A stretch of 64,000 nt of DNA, from positions 26,660,001 to 26,724,000 of the forward strand of contig OZ004611.1 of assembly GCA_963924565.1 (NCBI GenBank), in the 5' to 3' direction. The notes beneath the pieces are model-generated. The model did no database searches. It was not told the DNA's origin and worked only from the letters and a program-made list of their open reading frames with translations. The stretch is from Ascidiella aspersa. Its lineage: Eukaryota. Both the position numbers and the translations under genes were made by a program. Of this stretch, positions 60,301 through 64,000 are shown piece by piece. Every line of letters starts with the position of its first letter. The first letter of the stretch is position 1.

Positions 60301-62659
60301 AACAGTGCATCATTTGTTGTTCTAATCTTGGAGACTTCCTACGACAAATCGAAATCTTAAAAATAGGAAACCTCAAAACAATTTTTTTATATACTTAAAA
60401 ATAATAATTCATCCATAAAACCAAAGCTAGGCGACATTCTACATTATAACGAATCAACATGAGCTCCAGAGGCTTTACACAAGAACAATTCAATTCTGCT
60501 ATCTAAGTATAGGCGTACGTAACAAGTTATAAAGAACCTAAGAACCAAAATATCGTGCAGGGGCACACAAAGCTTTTACACGCAAGGCAACTTAAGATGA
60601 GACTTGCCTAATTGTCAACCGCAGTGCGGATGCCGAATTGGAAGCGGATATCAATAAGGTTTTGAGTCTGAATAATCAATCACCCTATCCAGTGGTTGCC
60701 GACCTTTTATTTGTCGCTTTTCAGTTTTCTAAAATCCCACCGAAGTTGGTGTACTTAACAGTCATGTAAAAAATTTGAAAGTGTTCAAATGTCTAGAAAG
60801 GTTGTGGGGGAGACGTTGGGGGGAGAGGTTTTATCAATATGCATAAATGTTGGTAAAGTGAGGTTTATCGAGTGTCGCAAAAGAGGTCTCCAAAGGTTAA
60901 CTGGCCACCTTTTTTATTTATATTTTAGTCAAGATCTTTTTACGGGAGGTATGCTTCGGCCAACACGACTGGATCTACTGAAAATGCCATAAAAACAATT
61001 GTTCTGTTGTGGTTTAAGTTGCTCCGTTTATACTGCTCGAATTTTAGTTTATCCTGTTGTTGCTTTTTCTTGTGAAAATTTTGCCTTTAACAAATGGTAC
61101 ACCCCGACCCCCCAGACAACCTCTTGCGACCCCCAAGTTTAGGAATGTGAATCCGGCCTCTACATAAGAATAACGACAAAAATAAGGCTTATTATTTTCA
61201 GCCTTGTTAAGTGGATATTTTACCCGTATTTTTTTCGCCGGCTATTTTCGTTACCAGAAAGTTGCTCATGTAGTCTCCACAATGCATAACGTCACCACCG
61301 ACGCACATCATAGTGTAGAAAGAGTTAAGCAACTTTAAGCGCACACCACACAACTCAGAATTCCTGAAGCCTGTGTTATTCTGCCGTGAACGCAGAAAGC
61401 GTGTCGGACTCGGTGTGTTGTTTTAAATCGCTCGTTCCTGCCTTGTTAATGGATCGGGGCGCCACGTGTTAAATGCCAGCCGATCAAGATTAACCGTTTC
61501 ACCTGATGGCAGCGCAAAGACGGGCGCCATTTTGGTTCCTTAAGATAAAGATTTCTTAAGATGTGCGCATATTGTTAATACCTTTAGCATTGTTGGCATA
61601 ATCACTTGACAAGGATATACTTCTTATATTTAGGAACACAGTAAGGAAACCCAAATAGTTAAAATATACGTATAGACAAGTGGAAAATGTATTAAATATA
61701 TATGCCGATAACAAACGGTTTAGTAGCATTATTTTAAAAATCGACAGATGCAATTCTTGTGAGTTGTGACCGATAATAATAAACATTTTTTTAGGATTTG
61801 TCAACCGATCCATGACAATAACCGATGTTTTTATGTACCTGAGACTTTAGGCCGACATATGAGTCTATATCTTCTTTTTCATGAAATGTACAAAGTTTTT
61901 CAGAATTTTCATGAAATCTACATTAACGAACATTTAATATAGCGCGGTAACTAACGACCCTGTGCAACTACAATTTTCCATATCCGGAAATATGGTTATT
62001 TCATTCCAATTTGGAACTGTCACTCATACAGCACCTATGGCACACGTCGTTATCAAAACAAGTGGACACATTGATTAGACGCAATAAGCCACACACCTGG
62101 TTAGCCAAGTGGCTCAGTACAGACAAAGACTCTATTCGCTTATATTAGATACGTGCGTTGAATTCTACAAGGGCCCTTTACATCCATGCAATCACAACTA
62201 ACACGCACCTAAGCTGTCATAACGTTATGATAGATCGTAATAAAGGAGCAGCATAGGAAGCAATGTCGAGCATTTTTAACAAGCACTTCACGGTGCTTCT
62301 ACCGGCGTCAGCGCAGGTGGGATGGACGCAGCGCGCATTAGCAGACTTTTGGAGTGGTTTTAAGGCGCCATGAAACACCTGTGTTGTTTCATGCAAGCAC
62401 CATCAGCTGCAATTCTGAAATCGCAAGGACGTTTTGGGTTTGTCTTAAATAATTCTCTACCTATCTCTGCTAGACAAGCCAACTCTTTTGAGGCAGTAAG
62501 CTACAGAAAAAACAACTAGCAAACGCATCAACGTTGATATGTGCAATATTAAAATAAATGACATGTAACAATCGGTGTAAATCTTTGACCAAACATGCCA
62601 GGAAAATATGAAAAAACACTTTCAAGAATCGTTGGAGCATAATGGTTGGAGGTTGTAGT

Positions 62660-62788
62660 AAGACGTAATATAAATATCAAAGCCCATACACAAGTAGGTA
62701 TCATTTGTTGAAAATGAATAAAGAGTTATTCGAAACGTTTAAAATGATACCTACTTCTTTATGGGCTTTGATATTCTTATTACGTCTT
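62660..62788. mobile_element. Small palindromic MITE, full copy
   Basis: ~47-bp arms aagacgtaat..aatatcaaagcccatacacaagtaggtatcattt / aaatgatacctacttctttatgggctttgatatt..attacgtctt. Confidence 0.75.
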
Positions 62789-64000
62789 TCAAAAATAAAT
62801 TACATTAAAGTGGCTATGGAAAGTGCTTTGGAACGAGTATTTTCCAATATAACCAGTTTTATGTAAACAATAACGCTATACAGAAATATACTAGTCAACA
62901 AATATTCGATTTTTGCTTTCGTGTCATGCAACATGTAGTAGACAGTTAACAGAGCTTTATTCTCGATCAACGGTGTACCAATGAAGATAAAATTAATTAT
63001 CTGATTTGCTTATGTTAAAAATGCAAACATTTGGGATCCACATATTTTTTTAACCCAAAAAGTAAGCGTCCGTTAGGAAAAGTGGTATTTTGCTACTATA
63101 ATAGGGTTTAAAATCCAGGCTATAGGTTTAGCGCGGCAGCCTACAACTTAAGGTAATGTGACACGGCACAGCACTTGTTCTGTGATGTTTGTTAAGCAAG
63201 TTACGGTCCAAAGGCCTTTTGGCATAGTACAAAAAATCTTTGTGAAAATAGAAATGTGAGCGCATAAGAAAACATAGCCAAAATGAAATAGGCAAATCAC
63301 AAAATTAGTCTTGCTTTATTGTAGAAATATGAATAAAAAGTAACCTGTTTTCAGTAGTTAGTTTTATCTCTTAATTTTAAAAGACCAGTGTATTTATATG
63401 CGTTTTACAAACACTGGTATTTTTAACAATAACAGAAATATGAACATGAAGCTCAACTTTTAATAAACAACATTACAAGAATGGAAATTTTGCCTCGATT
63501 TTAATTTACTTTGGCATACAAAGATTTGCAAAATTTAGGCAGTTTACTTTGGTTTGTGTAGATCTTTCTAACTTGACCGCATTTTATATGTAGTGTTTGG
63601 CAAATCAAAGCTTTACAGAATTATCGTAAAACTTGTAGTTGTTCTTTAATGGCATATACGCTTTGGAAATGCGGTTTTTAGATAATAATTTATCGCTTCT
63701 TGACCTGATAAGACAAAGTTGTACGAAAGCTCGTCAACTTTTATAACACAATTTATCAACAATACCACTTGTTTTTCAGTTTTAAATATTTGTTCTTGTT
63801 TTTTTTTCTACGCCTTGTGGCTAAACGTCATGTGAAATAATCGTAAATCGCAACGCAACCTTTTTTGAGGTGTCAATAATGTGTATTCAATAAACGCTGA
63901 TACACTGATTCATCAAACCAACATAGCGCCACTCAAAAGCACAATCAACCGTATGTTTAACTTAGAGACAAACGTAAATGAATTAACTCGCCATCCAAGT

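Noticed and set aside
57400-64000. A fifth peptide paralogue or another gene at the right end
   Set aside because: I found no signal-peptide exon or C-x4-C exons with matching phases. A possible - strand terminal exon near 62361-62415 (IAADGACMKQHRCFMAP*) has no supporting upstream exons that I can identify.

Overview
Eukaryotic, AT-rich, intron-containing DNA. It looks like an invertebrate chordate, probably an ascidian; this is inferred from gene content, not proven. Left to right: (1) the 3' part of a + strand rhodopsin-class GPCR gene of the LGR/RXFP/GRL101 type, with at least 8 LDL-receptor class A modules joined to the 7TM domain without leucine-rich repeats. Its second visible intron holds a fold-back Penelope-like retroelement (RT + GIY-YIG + minimal hammerhead ribozyme). 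(2) A complete 10-exon - strand gene for a secreted TSP1 / Thr-Ser stalk / trypsin-like serine protease with one GC-AG intron. (3) The main result, invisible in the ORF track: a tandem cluster of four co-oriented, highly diverged 4-exon genes at 28.1-57.4 kb. All have intron phases 1-0-1. Each encodes a signal peptide, a mostly acidic/polar propiece, a dibasic/furin site (R|S) and a cationic 46-54 aa peptide with C-x(3-6)-C-x3-S-C-x(10-16)-C-x2-C-x4-C. This framework resembles the ascidian turgencin antimicrobial peptides, and NF-kB-type motifs lie upstream of several genes, so this is a candidate undescribed host-defence peptide family. Many hAT-type MITEs (some nested), tandem repeats and a 275-bp local duplication fill introns and spacers. 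All gene models were spliced by hand from the sequence and need transcript confirmation.
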